Shown: positions 10,222 to 19,663 of the stretch, one piece after another | Layout of the letters: each line of letters begins with the position of its first letter | How positions within the stretch are numbered: the stretch's first letter is position 1 | Source of the DNA: Hyphomicrobiales bacterium | GTDB lineage: Bacteria; Pseudomonadota; Alphaproteobacteria; Rhizobiales; Aestuariivirgaceae | Reading direction: 5' to 3' | Length of the DNA stretch: 64,000 nucleotides | Assembly: GCA_031359445.1 (NCBI GenBank) | Contig: JANMAE010000071.1 | Span: 13,029-77,028 of the forward strand | The notes under the pieces: generated by a model | Databases searched by the model: none | What the model saw: the letters and a program-made list of their open reading frames with translations, nothing else | Told to the model about the DNA's origin: nothing | Position numbers and translations under genes: made by a program

Positions 10222-11937
10222 GTGGCTGTTTCCAGATCTGAAAACCCGGAGATCCCGTGGCTCAAGAGCTATCCTCCAGGCGTCAATTGGGCAGAGGAAC
10301 TGCCCATAAAGCCGCTCTATACCTTGCTGGATGACGCAGCCCGCCTCCACCCTTCGCGCATCTGCGTTGAGTTTCGCGGACGACAGTTCACCTTCAATGA
10401 AATTAAGGTTTTGAGTGACAAGGCTGCCAAGGGTCTGAGAAATGCCGGTTTTCAACCTGGTATGAAATTAGGGCTGTTTTTGCCGAACTGTCCCTATTTC
10501 GTGGTGTTCTATTATGCCGGCCTCAAGGCTGGCGGCATCATCGTGAACTACAACCCGCTTTACGCCGAAGAAGAAATTAACAAACAGATCGAAAATTCCG
10601 GCACCGATTTTATCGTGACGCTCGACCTTGCTCTGCTCCTTAATAAATTCTCTGGCGTGTTTGCAAGGACCGAACTCAAACGCATCATCGTGTGTTCCCT
10701 CAGCGAGCAGCTTTCCACCGTGGCAGGCTTGCTGTTTCGCACTGTGAAATGGCGTGACATCAAGCCGGTTCCCCGCCACGAGCAATTCATTCACGGGCGC
10801 GACCTTCTCCACAATGATGGCGCCTTCACGCCCGCTGCCATCGATCCGCAAAAAACAGTCGCGGTGCTGCAATATACGGGTGGCACCACCGGCGTGCCAA
10901 AGGCCGCGACACTCACCCACGCGAATATTTATGCCAACGCCATGCAGTGCAAGCGGTGGTTCTATGTGGCCGATAGTCCGGAGAGCAGATCCGTGGGCGT
11001 GTTGCCGCTGTTTCACGCCCTTGCCATGACCAGCATCATGAACTGGTCTCTGGCGGTAGGGGGTTCAGTTCTGCTGGAGCCCCGGTTTGATGCAGCAAAG
11101 CTCCTGGCCCTCATCCACCGCAGGAAGCCAACGGTGCTGGTGGGTGTGCCCACGCTTTTTACGGCATTGATGAATGTGCCGGATTTTGAAAAGTATAATT
11201 TGAGCTCCCTCAAGTTCTGCGTGTCAGGCGGTGCTTCGCTGCCACTCAAGGTGCAGCAGGATTTCGAAGCAAAAACCGGCGTGTCCATCTGGGAAGGCTA
11301 TGGCCTGAGTGAAGCCTCTCCCGCCTGTTGCATCAATCCGGTGCATGTTCCCAACCGTTCTGGCTCCGTGGGTCTGCCGCTGCCGCATACAATCTGCGAA
11401 GTGATCTCCATTGACGACCGCCACAGCGTGATGAAGACCGGTGAACGGGGAGAGATCTGCTTTCGGGGCCCCCAGGTCATGCAGGGCTATTGGAATAACC
11501 CTGAGGCTACCGCTGAGGTTTTGGTTGATGGCCTGCTCCACACCGGCGACGTGGGCCACATGGATGAGGACGGCTATGTCTTCATCACCGACCGCCTCAA
11601 GGAAATGATAACCACTTCCGGCTACAAGGTTTACCCCCGCCATGTTGAGGAAGCGATTTATCTCCACCCGTCAGTCAAGGAATGTGCCGTTTATGGCATT
11701 GACGACGACTATCGCGGTCAGTCGGTGCGCGCGGCCATTTGTTTGCGTGAGGGTTGCACGCTTGACGCAACAGAACTTGAAAAGTTTCTTGAGAAGCATC
11801 TCTCGAAGTTGGAGCAGCCCAAGACCTATGATTTCAGATCTGAACTGCCTAAGACGGCAATTGGAAAAATTTACAAAAAGATTCTCGTCGAAGAATATAA
11901 AGCGCGGGCGGCACAGCCCCAGGAGAAGATTTCATGA
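10222..11937 (+). CDS. fadD: Long-chain-fatty-acid--CoA ligase
   Basis: The N-terminus (WLKSYPPGV) resembles FadD. YTGGTTGVPKAA, GYGLSE, TGDV and GKIYK motifs are present. I propose the start at GTG 10222 (AAGAGG 6 nt upstream); the ORF is open from 10108. Confidence 0.85.
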   Translation: MAVSRSENPEIPWLKSYPPGVNWAEELPIKPLYTLLDDAARLHPSRICVEFRGRQFTFNEIKVLSDKAAKGLRNAGFQPGMKLGLFLPNCPYFVVFYYAGLKAGGIIVNYNPLYAEEEINKQIENSGTDFIVTLDLALLLNKFSGVFARTELKRIIVCSLSEQLSTVAGLLFRTVKWRDIKPVPRHEQFIHGRDLLHNDGAFTPAAIDPQKTVAVLQYTGGTTGVPKAATLTHANIYANAMQCKRWFYVADSPESRSVGVLPLFHALAMTSIMNWSLAVGGSVLLEPRFDAAKLLALIHRRKPTVLVGVPTLFTALMNVPDFEKYNLSSLKFCVSGGASLPLKVQQDFEAKTGVSIWEGYGLSEASPACCINPVHVPNRSGSVGLPLPHTICEVISIDDRHSVMKTGERGEICFRGPQVMQGYWNNPEATAEVLVDGLLHTGDVGHMDEDGYVFITDRLKEMITTSGYKVYPRHVEEAIYLHPSVKECAVYGIDDDYRGQSVRAAICLREGCTLDATELEKFLEKHLSKLEQPKTYDFRSELPKTAIGKIYKKILVEEYKARAAQPQEKIS

Positions 11938-13052
11938 AGCAAGCCGTTATCGTGGGCTACGTCCGGTCGCCCTTCCATTTTGCCAACAAGGGTGCCTTGT
12001 CCCGAACAAGGCCGGATGATCTTGCAGCGACCGTGATCAAGGCACTTGTCGCAAAGACGGGAATTGATGCCAAGGATGTGGAAGACCTGCTGCTGGGCTG
12101 CGCCTTTCCCGAAGGCGAGCAGGGCCTCAATGTGGCGCGGCTCATTTCATTCATTGCAGGCCTGCCACAATCGCTGGGGGCTGCCACCATCAACCGCTTC
12201 TGCGGCTCGTCGATGCAGGCCATTCACTCAGCGGCAGGTGCCATTGCAATGGGGGCAGGGGACGTGTTCATCTGCGGCGGCGTTGAAAGCATGAGCCGTG
12301 TACCCATGATGGGCTTCAATCCCATGCCCAATCCCGAACTCGCCGAGCACATGTCGGCTGCCTACGTGTCGATGGGGATCACGGCGGAGAACGTGGCGAA
12401 GAAATATGGCATCTCGCGCAAGGAGCAGGAGGAACTGGCTGTTGCCAGCCATGCCAAGGCCGCTGCCGCGCAACAGCAGGGAAAACTGCAGGAAGAAATC
12501 GTGGGCAATGACCGGGATGGCTGCATTCGCGCTGACACATCAATGGAAGTTCTGGCGGGATTGAAACCGGCATTTGACCAGGCCGGTGTGGTGACCGCAG
12601 GAACATCTTCACCTCTCACCGATGGCGCTGCGGCCTGCCTTGTGGTTTCCGCCGATTATGCCAAAGCCCATGGGCTTCCGATATTGGCCAAAATCAAGAG
12701 TGTTGCCATTGCCGGCTGCACGCCGGAGCTAATGGGCGTGGGACCGGTTGTTGCAACCCGCAAGGCGCTCCAGCGTGCCGGACTTTCCATGAAGGACGTT
12801 GATATCGTGGAACTCAATGAAGCCTTTGCGTCCCAGGCCATCGCCTGCATTCGTGATCTTGGGATTGACATGGCCAAGGTCAATGTGGATGGCGGCGCAT
12901 TGGCGTTGGGCCATCCGCTGGGTGCGACCGGTGCACGGATCACCGGAAAAGCTGCAGCGCTGCTGAAGCGCGAAGGCAAGCAATTTGCGCTCTCCACCCA
13001 ATGCATTGGCGGCGGCCAAGGCATTGCAACCATTCTTGAGGCGGTATCGTGA
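11934..13052 (+). CDS. fadA: Acetyl-CoA C-acyltransferase (3-ketoacyl-CoA thiolase)
   Basis: Active-site Cys context NRFCGSSMQA, plus NEAFA, GHPLGATGAR and CIGGGQG. Overlaps fadD by 4 nt. Confidence 0.9.
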   Translation: MKQAVIVGYVRSPFHFANKGALSRTRPDDLAATVIKALVAKTGIDAKDVEDLLLGCAFPEGEQGLNVARLISFIAGLPQSLGAATINRFCGSSMQAIHSAAGAIAMGAGDVFICGGVESMSRVPMMGFNPMPNPELAEHMSAAYVSMGITAENVAKKYGISRKEQEELAVASHAKAAAAQQQGKLQEEIVGNDRDGCIRADTSMEVLAGLKPAFDQAGVVTAGTSSPLTDGAAACLVVSADYAKAHGLPILAKIKSVAIAGCTPELMGVGPVVATRKALQRAGLSMKDVDIVELNEAFASQAIACIRDLGIDMAKVNVDGGALALGHPLGATGARITGKAAALLKREGKQFALSTQCIGGGQGIATILEAVS

Positions 13053-15376
13053 GCATAAGCAAGGCATGTGTGATCGGTGCAGGCGTCATGGGCAGCGCCA
13101 TCGCGGCCCATATTGCCAATGCCGGTGTGGAGGTTTTGCTGCTGGACATGGTCCAACCGGGTGCAGCAGACCGGAGAAGCATTGCGAAAGCAGCCATTGA
13201 ACGGCTGGGGAAAATCGAACCGGCCCCCCTGATGTCGCGTTCTGCCGCCAAGCTGATCAAGCCCGGAAATACCGAAGACGATCTGGCGCTCCTCGCCGAT
13301 GTGGACTGGATCATCGAGGCTGTAGCTGAAAGACCCGATATCAAACAGGCACTCTATCGCAAGATTGAGGCCACGCGGAAGCCGGGCTCCATCGTTTCTT
13401 CCAACACGTCAACCCTTCCTCTCAAGATGCTTATGGCCGGAATGCCGGAAAGCCTGAAGCAGGATTTCTGCATCACCCATTTCTTCAATCCCCCGCGTTA
13501 CATGCGCCTGCTCGAAGTGGTGGGAGGCAAGGACACAAGATCCGAAGTTCTCAAGGCAGTGACAGAATTTGGCGATGTGAAACTTGGAAAGGCCGTGGTC
13601 AAGGCCAAGGATACGCCGGGCTTCATCGCCAATCGCATTGGCGTTTTCTGGTTGCAGGCTGCAGTCATTGCCGCAGGTGAACTCGGCCTCACGGTGGAAG
13701 AAGCAGACGCTGTCATGGGCCGTCCCATCGGTGCTCCCAAGTCAGGCGTTTTCGCATTGCTCGACATGGTGGGCCTTGACCTGCAGCCGCATATCGATGC
13801 TTCGCTGCGCATGGCACTGCCCAAGACCGACGCCTATCAGGCATTGTCGGCTGATTTTCCGCTGCTGAAGAAAATGATCGCGGAGGGTTACACGGGCCGC
13901 AAAGGCAAGGGCGGTTTTTACCGCATGAACACCACAAGCGGCAAACGCGTGAAGGAAGCAATAAACCTGAAAACCGGAGAATATGCGGCAGCATCTACCC
14001 CACGTTTGGATTCGGTGGACGGAGCCAAGGTAGGCCTCCGCGCCCTCGTCACGCATAACGACCGTGGCGGAAAATATGCATGGGCAGTGCTTTCGAAAAT
14101 GTTGAGTTACGCTGCCTCGCTGGTTCCTGAAATTGCAGACACCATCATGGACGTCGATCTCGCCATGCAGGCTGGCTTCAACTGGAAGCGCGGGCCATTT
14201 GAATTGATGGACCAGTTGGGGGCAGCCTGGTTTGCTGAAAAACTGAAGGCCGAAGGCTCTCCCGTTCCGGCGCTCCTCGCTTTGGCGGCAGCGAACGGCG
14301 GGTTCTACAAGGCAACGGAAGCGGGCATTACGCAGCTCTCACCTGATGGCACATATATGCCCATCGCCAGGCAAGCCGGAACGCTGCTCCTTTCTGATAT
14401 CAAGCGCCGTAGCAAGCCACTCGCAAAGAATGCGTCCGCCAGCCTGTGGGATGTGGGCGACGGTGTTGCCTGTCTAGAATTCCACAGCAAAATGAATGCG
14501 CTCGATCCCGACAGCCTTGCCATGATCAGCCAGGCGGTTGCCATCGTCGGCAAAGGCATGCGTGCCCTTGTCATTCACAATGAAGCGGAGAATTTTTGCG
14601 TCGGCGCAAATATCGGATTGGCATTGTTTGCAGCCAATATTGCAACATGGCCGGTGCTGGAGGAATTGATCACCCAAGGGCAGGCGGTGATGAAGGCGAT
14701 GAAATTTGCGCCTTTTCCAGTCGTTGCTGCGCCAAGCGGCCTGGTCTTGGGCGGCGGCTGTGAAGTTGTGCTGCATTGCGCTGGTGTGCAGGCTCATGCC
14801 GAAACCTATATGGGCTTGGTGGAAACCGGCGTGGGCATTGTACCAGGCTGGGGTGGCTGCAAGGAATCGCTCATACGCAATATGCCTGGTCCCCGCGATC
14901 CCAAGGGACCCATGCCCGCTATCATGGCCGCATTCGAAAAAATCTCGATGGCCAAGGTTTCGAAATCCGCAGCGGACGCCAAGGAGCTGAAATATCTGCG
15001 GCCCACGGATGGCATCACCATGAACCGTGACAGGCTACTGGCTGATGCTAAGGCCCGCGCTCTCAAAATGGCAAGCGAAGGTTACAAACCGCCTGCACCC
15101 GTTGAACTCCGTCTGCCGGGACCCACCGCTCGCGCTGCCTTGCGGTTGGCGGTCGATAGTTTTGCGAAACAGGGCCTGGCACTTCCACATGATGTTTTGG
15201 TGGCAAGCCATCTCGCGGAAATTTTGTCCGGCGGGGCAACCGACATGCAGGAGATCACCACGGAAGATCAGGTGATGAACCTCGAGAAAAAAGCCTTCAT
15301 GGCGCTGGTGAAAACCCCGCCCACGCTGGCGCGCATGGAAACCATCCTTGCCACCGGCAAACCGTTGCGAAATTGA
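13049..15376 (+). CDS. Bifunctional 3-hydroxyacyl-CoA dehydrogenase / enoyl-CoA hydratase (FadN-type domain order)
   Basis: N-terminal Rossmann motif VIGAGVMGSAIA with the HFFNPP motif. C-terminal crotonase-like region (CVGANI..., GGGCEV). Confidence 0.9.
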   Translation: MSISKACVIGAGVMGSAIAAHIANAGVEVLLLDMVQPGAADRRSIAKAAIERLGKIEPAPLMSRSAAKLIKPGNTEDDLALLADVDWIIEAVAERPDIKQALYRKIEATRKPGSIVSSNTSTLPLKMLMAGMPESLKQDFCITHFFNPPRYMRLLEVVGGKDTRSEVLKAVTEFGDVKLGKAVVKAKDTPGFIANRIGVFWLQAAVIAAGELGLTVEEADAVMGRPIGAPKSGVFALLDMVGLDLQPHIDASLRMALPKTDAYQALSADFPLLKKMIAEGYTGRKGKGGFYRMNTTSGKRVKEAINLKTGEYAAASTPRLDSVDGAKVGLRALVTHNDRGGKYAWAVLSKMLSYAASLVPEIADTIMDVDLAMQAGFNWKRGPFELMDQLGAAWFAEKLKAEGSPVPALLALAAANGGFYKATEAGITQLSPDGTYMPIARQAGTLLLSDIKRRSKPLAKNASASLWDVGDGVACLEFHSKMNALDPDSLAMISQAVAIVGKGMRALVIHNEAENFCVGANIGLALFAANIATWPVLEELITQGQAVMKAMKFAPFPVVAAPSGLVLGGGCEVVLHCAGVQAHAETYMGLVETGVGIVPGWGGCKESLIRNMPGPRDPKGPMPAIMAAFEKISMAKVSKSAADAKELKYLRPTDGITMNRDRLLADAKARALKMASEGYKPPAPVELRLPGPTARAALRLAVDSFAKQGLALPHDVLVASHLAEILSGGATDMQEITTEDQVMNLEKKAFMALVKTPPTLARMETILATGKPLRN

Positions 15377-15384
15377 GGTAAATC

Positions 15385-17163
15385 ATGCCGAGCTATAAAG
15401 CCCCACTCCGCGACATGCAGTTCATTCTGTTCGACGTCCTGAAAGTGCAGGACGCTGGCAACACCATGCCCGCCTATGCCGAAAATTCAGCCGACGTTGT
15501 GGGAGCCGTGCTGACGGAAGCCGGACGTTTTTGCGAGAACATCCTGCAGCCTTTAAACCGTAGCGGCGACGAGGAAGGCTCCACCTTCGATGCAGGAAAC
15601 GTGCGTACCCCCAAGGGTTTCAAGGAAGCCTACCAGAAATTCGCTGAAGGCGGCTGGACCAGTCTTGCCTGTGATCTTGAATATGGCGGGCAAGGCATCA
15701 CAACACCGGTGGATTTTGCCGTCGATGAAATGATCAGCTCCGCCAATCTGTCTTTCAGCCTTTTTCCACTCCTGACGCGCGGCGCCTATCATGCACTTCG
15801 CATCCATGCGACTGAGGAACTGAAACAGATTTATCTGCCAAAGATGGTGCAGGGTCAGTGGTCTGGAACGATGTGCCTCACCGAACCGCAATGCGGCACA
15901 GACTTGGGCCTCATCCGAACCCGTGCCGAGCCCGCAGCCGATGGCACTTACGCAGTAACTGGCACCAAGATTTTTATCTCGGCCGGTGAGCATGATCTCA
16001 CCGAAAACATCGTTCATCTTGTCCTGGCGAGATTGCCCGATGCGCCTTCCGGCGTTCGCGGCATTTCCCTGTTTGTCTGTCCCAAGTTTCTGCCTGCAGC
16101 GAATGGCAGCGTAGGCGCCAGAAACACGCTGGCCTGCGGAGCGCTCGAGAAAAAGATGGGCATCAAGGCGTCGCCCACCTGCGTCATGAATTTCGATGGT
16201 GCCAGGGGATGGCTCGTGGGCAAGCCGCACAAAGGCCTGTCAGCCATGTTCACCATGATGAATGCGGCACGCCTGGCCGTCGGCGTTCAAGGCTTGGGTG
16301 TGGCCGAAGCTGCCTATCAGGGAGCTGTCAGTTATGCCCGCACGCGCTTGCAGATGCGTGCTCCAACGGGTGCCAAATATCCCGAACAGGCGGCAGATCC
16401 GATCATTGTGCATCCCGACATCCGCCGCATGTTGATGAAAATGAAGGTGATGAACGAAGGGTGCCGGGCGCTCGCCATGTGGGTGGGCTATGAGCTGGAT
16501 ATGTCCACCAGCCATCCTGACCCGGAAAGACGCGCAGCCGCGGATGATCTGGTGGCGCTCATGACTCCCATCGTCAAGTCCATGCTCACCGATCAGGCTT
16601 CAAGCGCTGCCAATGACGGCGTCCAGATCCACGGTGGCCACGGCTATATCCGCGAGTGGGGCATGGAACAACTCGTGCGGGATGCGCGTATCACCCAGAT
16701 CTACGAAGGTACAAACGGCATTCAGGCGCTCGATCTTGTAGGCCGAAAATTGCCAACAGGCATGGGCCGCCAGGCCCGCCAGTTCTTCCATCCCGTGGCA
16801 GCCTATATTGAGCAGATTTCGGCAAAACCGGAAATGGCGGAATTTGCTGCACCTCTTACGAAAGCCTTTGGACGCCTCCAGCAGGGCACCCTTTGGCTCG
16901 GCAAGGCTGGAACGGCCAATCCCAATGACGCAGGTGCAGCAGCCAGCGATTATCTCCGCATGTTCGGCCTGGTGGCGGTGGGATATATGTGGGCCCGCAT
17001 GGCAGAATCCGCCCTGTTAAATCAAACGGACAGCTTTCACAGCGCCAAAGTCCAAAGTGCGCGGTTTTACATGGCAAAAATCCTGCCCGAGGTGGGCAGT
17101 CTCCTGTCCACCATAACGTCAGGCTCCTCGGCCGTCATGGCACTGCCGGAGGAAGCTTTTTAG
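15385..17163 (+). CDS. Acyl-CoA dehydrogenase (long form with extra C-terminal domain)
   Basis: Motifs LTEPQCGTDL, GGHGYIREWGMEQLVRDARITQIYEGTNGIQ; about 590 aa. Confidence 0.9.
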   Translation: MPSYKAPLRDMQFILFDVLKVQDAGNTMPAYAENSADVVGAVLTEAGRFCENILQPLNRSGDEEGSTFDAGNVRTPKGFKEAYQKFAEGGWTSLACDLEYGGQGITTPVDFAVDEMISSANLSFSLFPLLTRGAYHALRIHATEELKQIYLPKMVQGQWSGTMCLTEPQCGTDLGLIRTRAEPAADGTYAVTGTKIFISAGEHDLTENIVHLVLARLPDAPSGVRGISLFVCPKFLPAANGSVGARNTLACGALEKKMGIKASPTCVMNFDGARGWLVGKPHKGLSAMFTMMNAARLAVGVQGLGVAEAAYQGAVSYARTRLQMRAPTGAKYPEQAADPIIVHPDIRRMLMKMKVMNEGCRALAMWVGYELDMSTSHPDPERRAAADDLVALMTPIVKSMLTDQASSAANDGVQIHGGHGYIREWGMEQLVRDARITQIYEGTNGIQALDLVGRKLPTGMGRQARQFFHPVAAYIEQISAKPEMAEFAAPLTKAFGRLQQGTLWLGKAGTANPNDAGAAASDYLRMFGLVAVGYMWARMAESALLNQTDSFHSAKVQSARFYMAKILPEVGSLLSTITSGSSAVMALPEEAF

Positions 17164-17278
17164 AAAAGTAATCCTGATCTGCATAAAATGCGTTAAATAA
17201 ATGAACTTTTAGCTATTTAGATGCTTAAATAAATGCGAGGCCCAAGCCCCGGGCAATAGCGGGCGGGAGGTCGGAAAT

Positions 17279-19657
17279 ATGAGCGGCACCCCGGAATTTT
17301 CGATCAATGCATCCGTATATGAATGGTGCGTGAGGGGATTTTCACTGCTCCGCAAACGCCTGGGTATGAATATGGCGGTGCACGCCGATCCTGGCGTCAT
17401 TGCGGCCGGCGAAATTTTCCAATTCAACCACTTCACCCGTTTCGAAACCATAATTCCCCAATATTTCATTCATCAGGCCACCGGCGCCTATTGCCGCTGC
17501 GTGGCGGACTACAGATTGTTTGAAGGCAACGAGCGCCTCGCCAAGTTGCTCTGGAACGTAGGTGCTGTCCCCAGCAACCATCCCGGCCTGCTGCCCTTCC
17601 TGGCTGCTGAAATCCTGCGCGGGCGGAAAGTCATCATCTTTCCGGAAGGCTCCATGATCAAGGATCGGCAAATCGCGACGGCACCTTCTTCTGCCTTTTT
17701 GCCCTCTCAAGGACCCCCGTCGCGCCACCGCCAGGGTGCTGCGGCCTTGGCTGTGGTTCTCGAGATTTTCAAGAAGCGAATTCTGTCGGTACATGAAGCA
17801 GGTGACACCGAGCGTATAGGTCGCTGGGTAAAGGCCTTGGGGTTGACAGATCAAAATGCCTTGATAGCAGCTGCCAGCCGGCCAACCATGATTGTTCCTT
17901 CAAACATCACATTTCATCCCATCCACACTGGTGACAATATTCTGCGCAAGGCCGCTGAATTCTTCCATGTAGATTTAGGTGAACGTGGGAAGGAAGAATT
18001 GCTGGTGGAAGGCAACTTTCTGTTCAAGCAAACCGACATGGATATACGCTTTGGCAAGCCATTTCATCCCGACGTCGCATGGAACATTGCAGACCGCATG
18101 ATGCTGCGGCGCGTATTCGAAAATATCGAAAGCCTTGATGATCTCTTCAGCCTCAAGACTTCCGCAAGCCGTTGGATCGAACGCATGGCAGCGGTAACCT
18201 TGGGACGAACCACCCGGAGACTGCGCGATCTTTGCATGGCGGAGATGTATGCCCGGGTGACCGTCAATTTGAACCATCTCGCATCGCGCATTTTCGTGCG
18301 TCTGATGGAAGCTGGCGAAAAAGAAATTCCCAAGGACCGGTTCCATGAAACACTCTACGCCATTGTCAAGCAGGCGCAGCGCCTGCCTGGCATCCATCTC
18401 CATTGGTCCCTCGAAGATCCTGAGGCTTATGACGGGCTCCATGATGGCAGCAATCCGCGCCTGATCCAGTTTCTCCATACAGTTTCACGCTCTGGCCTGA
18501 TCGAAATTACGCCATCGCACTATAAGCTCCTGCCGGCACTGCAAGGTGGCGATGGCAGGCGCGATCCTCGGCTGGAAAATGTGGTGCGGGTTTATGCCAA
18601 TGAAATTGGCCTGCTGAAATCCGTTCTGTCCATTGTTGCGCGTGGCATGCCCCTGAAAGGACAGGATCTGGCCTGGCAGCTTTTTGATGACGAATTGCGC
18701 GCTCATGCCAAATCCCGGCAACGCTTCACCGAACCTCGCCATGCCGCAGTCAACAGCCAGGAAACAGCCACTGAATCTGCTGAACCTTATCTGATCATTC
18801 CAGATGCGCCGCAACGGCCGGGTGTGGTACTGGTGCATGGCTTCCTGGCTTCCCCTGCCGAACTCAAATCACTAGGCGACACTCTCGTGAGCCTCGGACA
18901 CCCCGTTCTCGGCGTGAGGTTGAAAGGCCATGGCACGTCGCCTTGGGATTTGAAGGACCGGAGTTGGGAAGACTGGCTTGCATCTGTGAAGCGCGGTTAT
19001 GAGATCATGTCTCATGTAACACCTGAGGTTCTTCTCATAGGCTTTGCCACAGGCGCCTCCCTGGCACTTCACCATGCAGCGTCTAGGCCACGCGGATTGA
19101 GCGGGGTCGTAGCGGTTTCAGCGCCACTCAAATTCTCCTCGAATTCTCTGGCCCTTGCACCTGTCATGCACGGCTTCAACAAACTCAGCACCTGGGTCTA
19201 TAGCGAGGAAGGCATCAAGCCATTCCAGCTCGGCACGCCTGAACACCCGCATATCGATTACCGCCACGTGCCGGTGCGCGGGCTCGTGGAATTGCGCCGC
19301 GCTGCAGAGGAACTGGGCCGGTGCCTGCCGCAGGTCACTTGCCCGGTGACAGTCATCCATGCATCAGATGATCCCATAGCCGATCCCGCAAGCGCCCGTG
19401 CCATCCATGATGCCATAGGCTCATCTGAAAAATCCTTGCACATTGTCTCGTCAAACCGCCATGGAATCCTGCACCAAAACCTCGCAAATACGCACGCGCT
19501 GGTTCTTTCGATCGTGAACAAATGGGCTCCACTGCCTCAGGCACAAGTTGCAAAGCGGCAGCCGGTCTCCACAGTCTTGGCGGCAACCCTCAACAATGCC
19601 GCGACCCAATTAATGCGCCGCTTTGGCAGAACCGCACGAGAAACCACGTCGCTTTGA
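17279..19657 (+). CDS. Fusion protein: N-terminal PlsC-family acyltransferase-like domain plus C-terminal Est30/monoacylglycerol-lipase-like alpha/beta-hydrolase domain
   Basis: The N-terminal part has NHFTRFE (an HX4D-like motif with E) and IIFPEGSM (acyltransferase block III). The C-terminal part has VVLVHGF...KGHGTS...GFATGAS...ASDDP...RHGIL, which lines up with carboxylesterase Est30-type hydrolases. Confidence 0.6.
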   Translation: MSGTPEFSINASVYEWCVRGFSLLRKRLGMNMAVHADPGVIAAGEIFQFNHFTRFETIIPQYFIHQATGAYCRCVADYRLFEGNERLAKLLWNVGAVPSNHPGLLPFLAAEILRGRKVIIFPEGSMIKDRQIATAPSSAFLPSQGPPSRHRQGAAALAVVLEIFKKRILSVHEAGDTERIGRWVKALGLTDQNALIAAASRPTMIVPSNITFHPIHTGDNILRKAAEFFHVDLGERGKEELLVEGNFLFKQTDMDIRFGKPFHPDVAWNIADRMMLRRVFENIESLDDLFSLKTSASRWIERMAAVTLGRTTRRLRDLCMAEMYARVTVNLNHLASRIFVRLMEAGEKEIPKDRFHETLYAIVKQAQRLPGIHLHWSLEDPEAYDGLHDGSNPRLIQFLHTVSRSGLIEITPSHYKLLPALQGGDGRRDPRLENVVRVYANEIGLLKSVLSIVARGMPLKGQDLAWQLFDDELRAHAKSRQRFTEPRHAAVNSQETATESAEPYLIIPDAPQRPGVVLVHGFLASPAELKSLGDTLVSLGHPVLGVRLKGHGTSPWDLKDRSWEDWLASVKRGYEIMSHVTPEVLLIGFATGASLALHHAASRPRGLSGVVAVSAPLKFSSNSLALAPVMHGFNKLSTWVYSEEGIKPFQLGTPEHPHIDYRHVPVRGLVELRRAAEELGRCLPQVTCPVTVIHASDDPIADPASARAIHDAIGSSEKSLHIVSSNRHGILHQNLANTHALVLSIVNKWAPLPQAQVAKRQPVSTVLAATLNNAATQLMRRFGRTARETTSL

Positions 19658-19663
19658 TCCGCC

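Noticed and set aside
12480-12530. The thiolase is about 12 residues shorter than E. coli FadA between the EIV and R-x-(D/E)-T-(S/T) motifs.
   Set aside because: This loop varies in length among thiolases. The catalytic Cys/His/Cys contexts are intact, so there is no sign of a frameshift or pseudogenisation.
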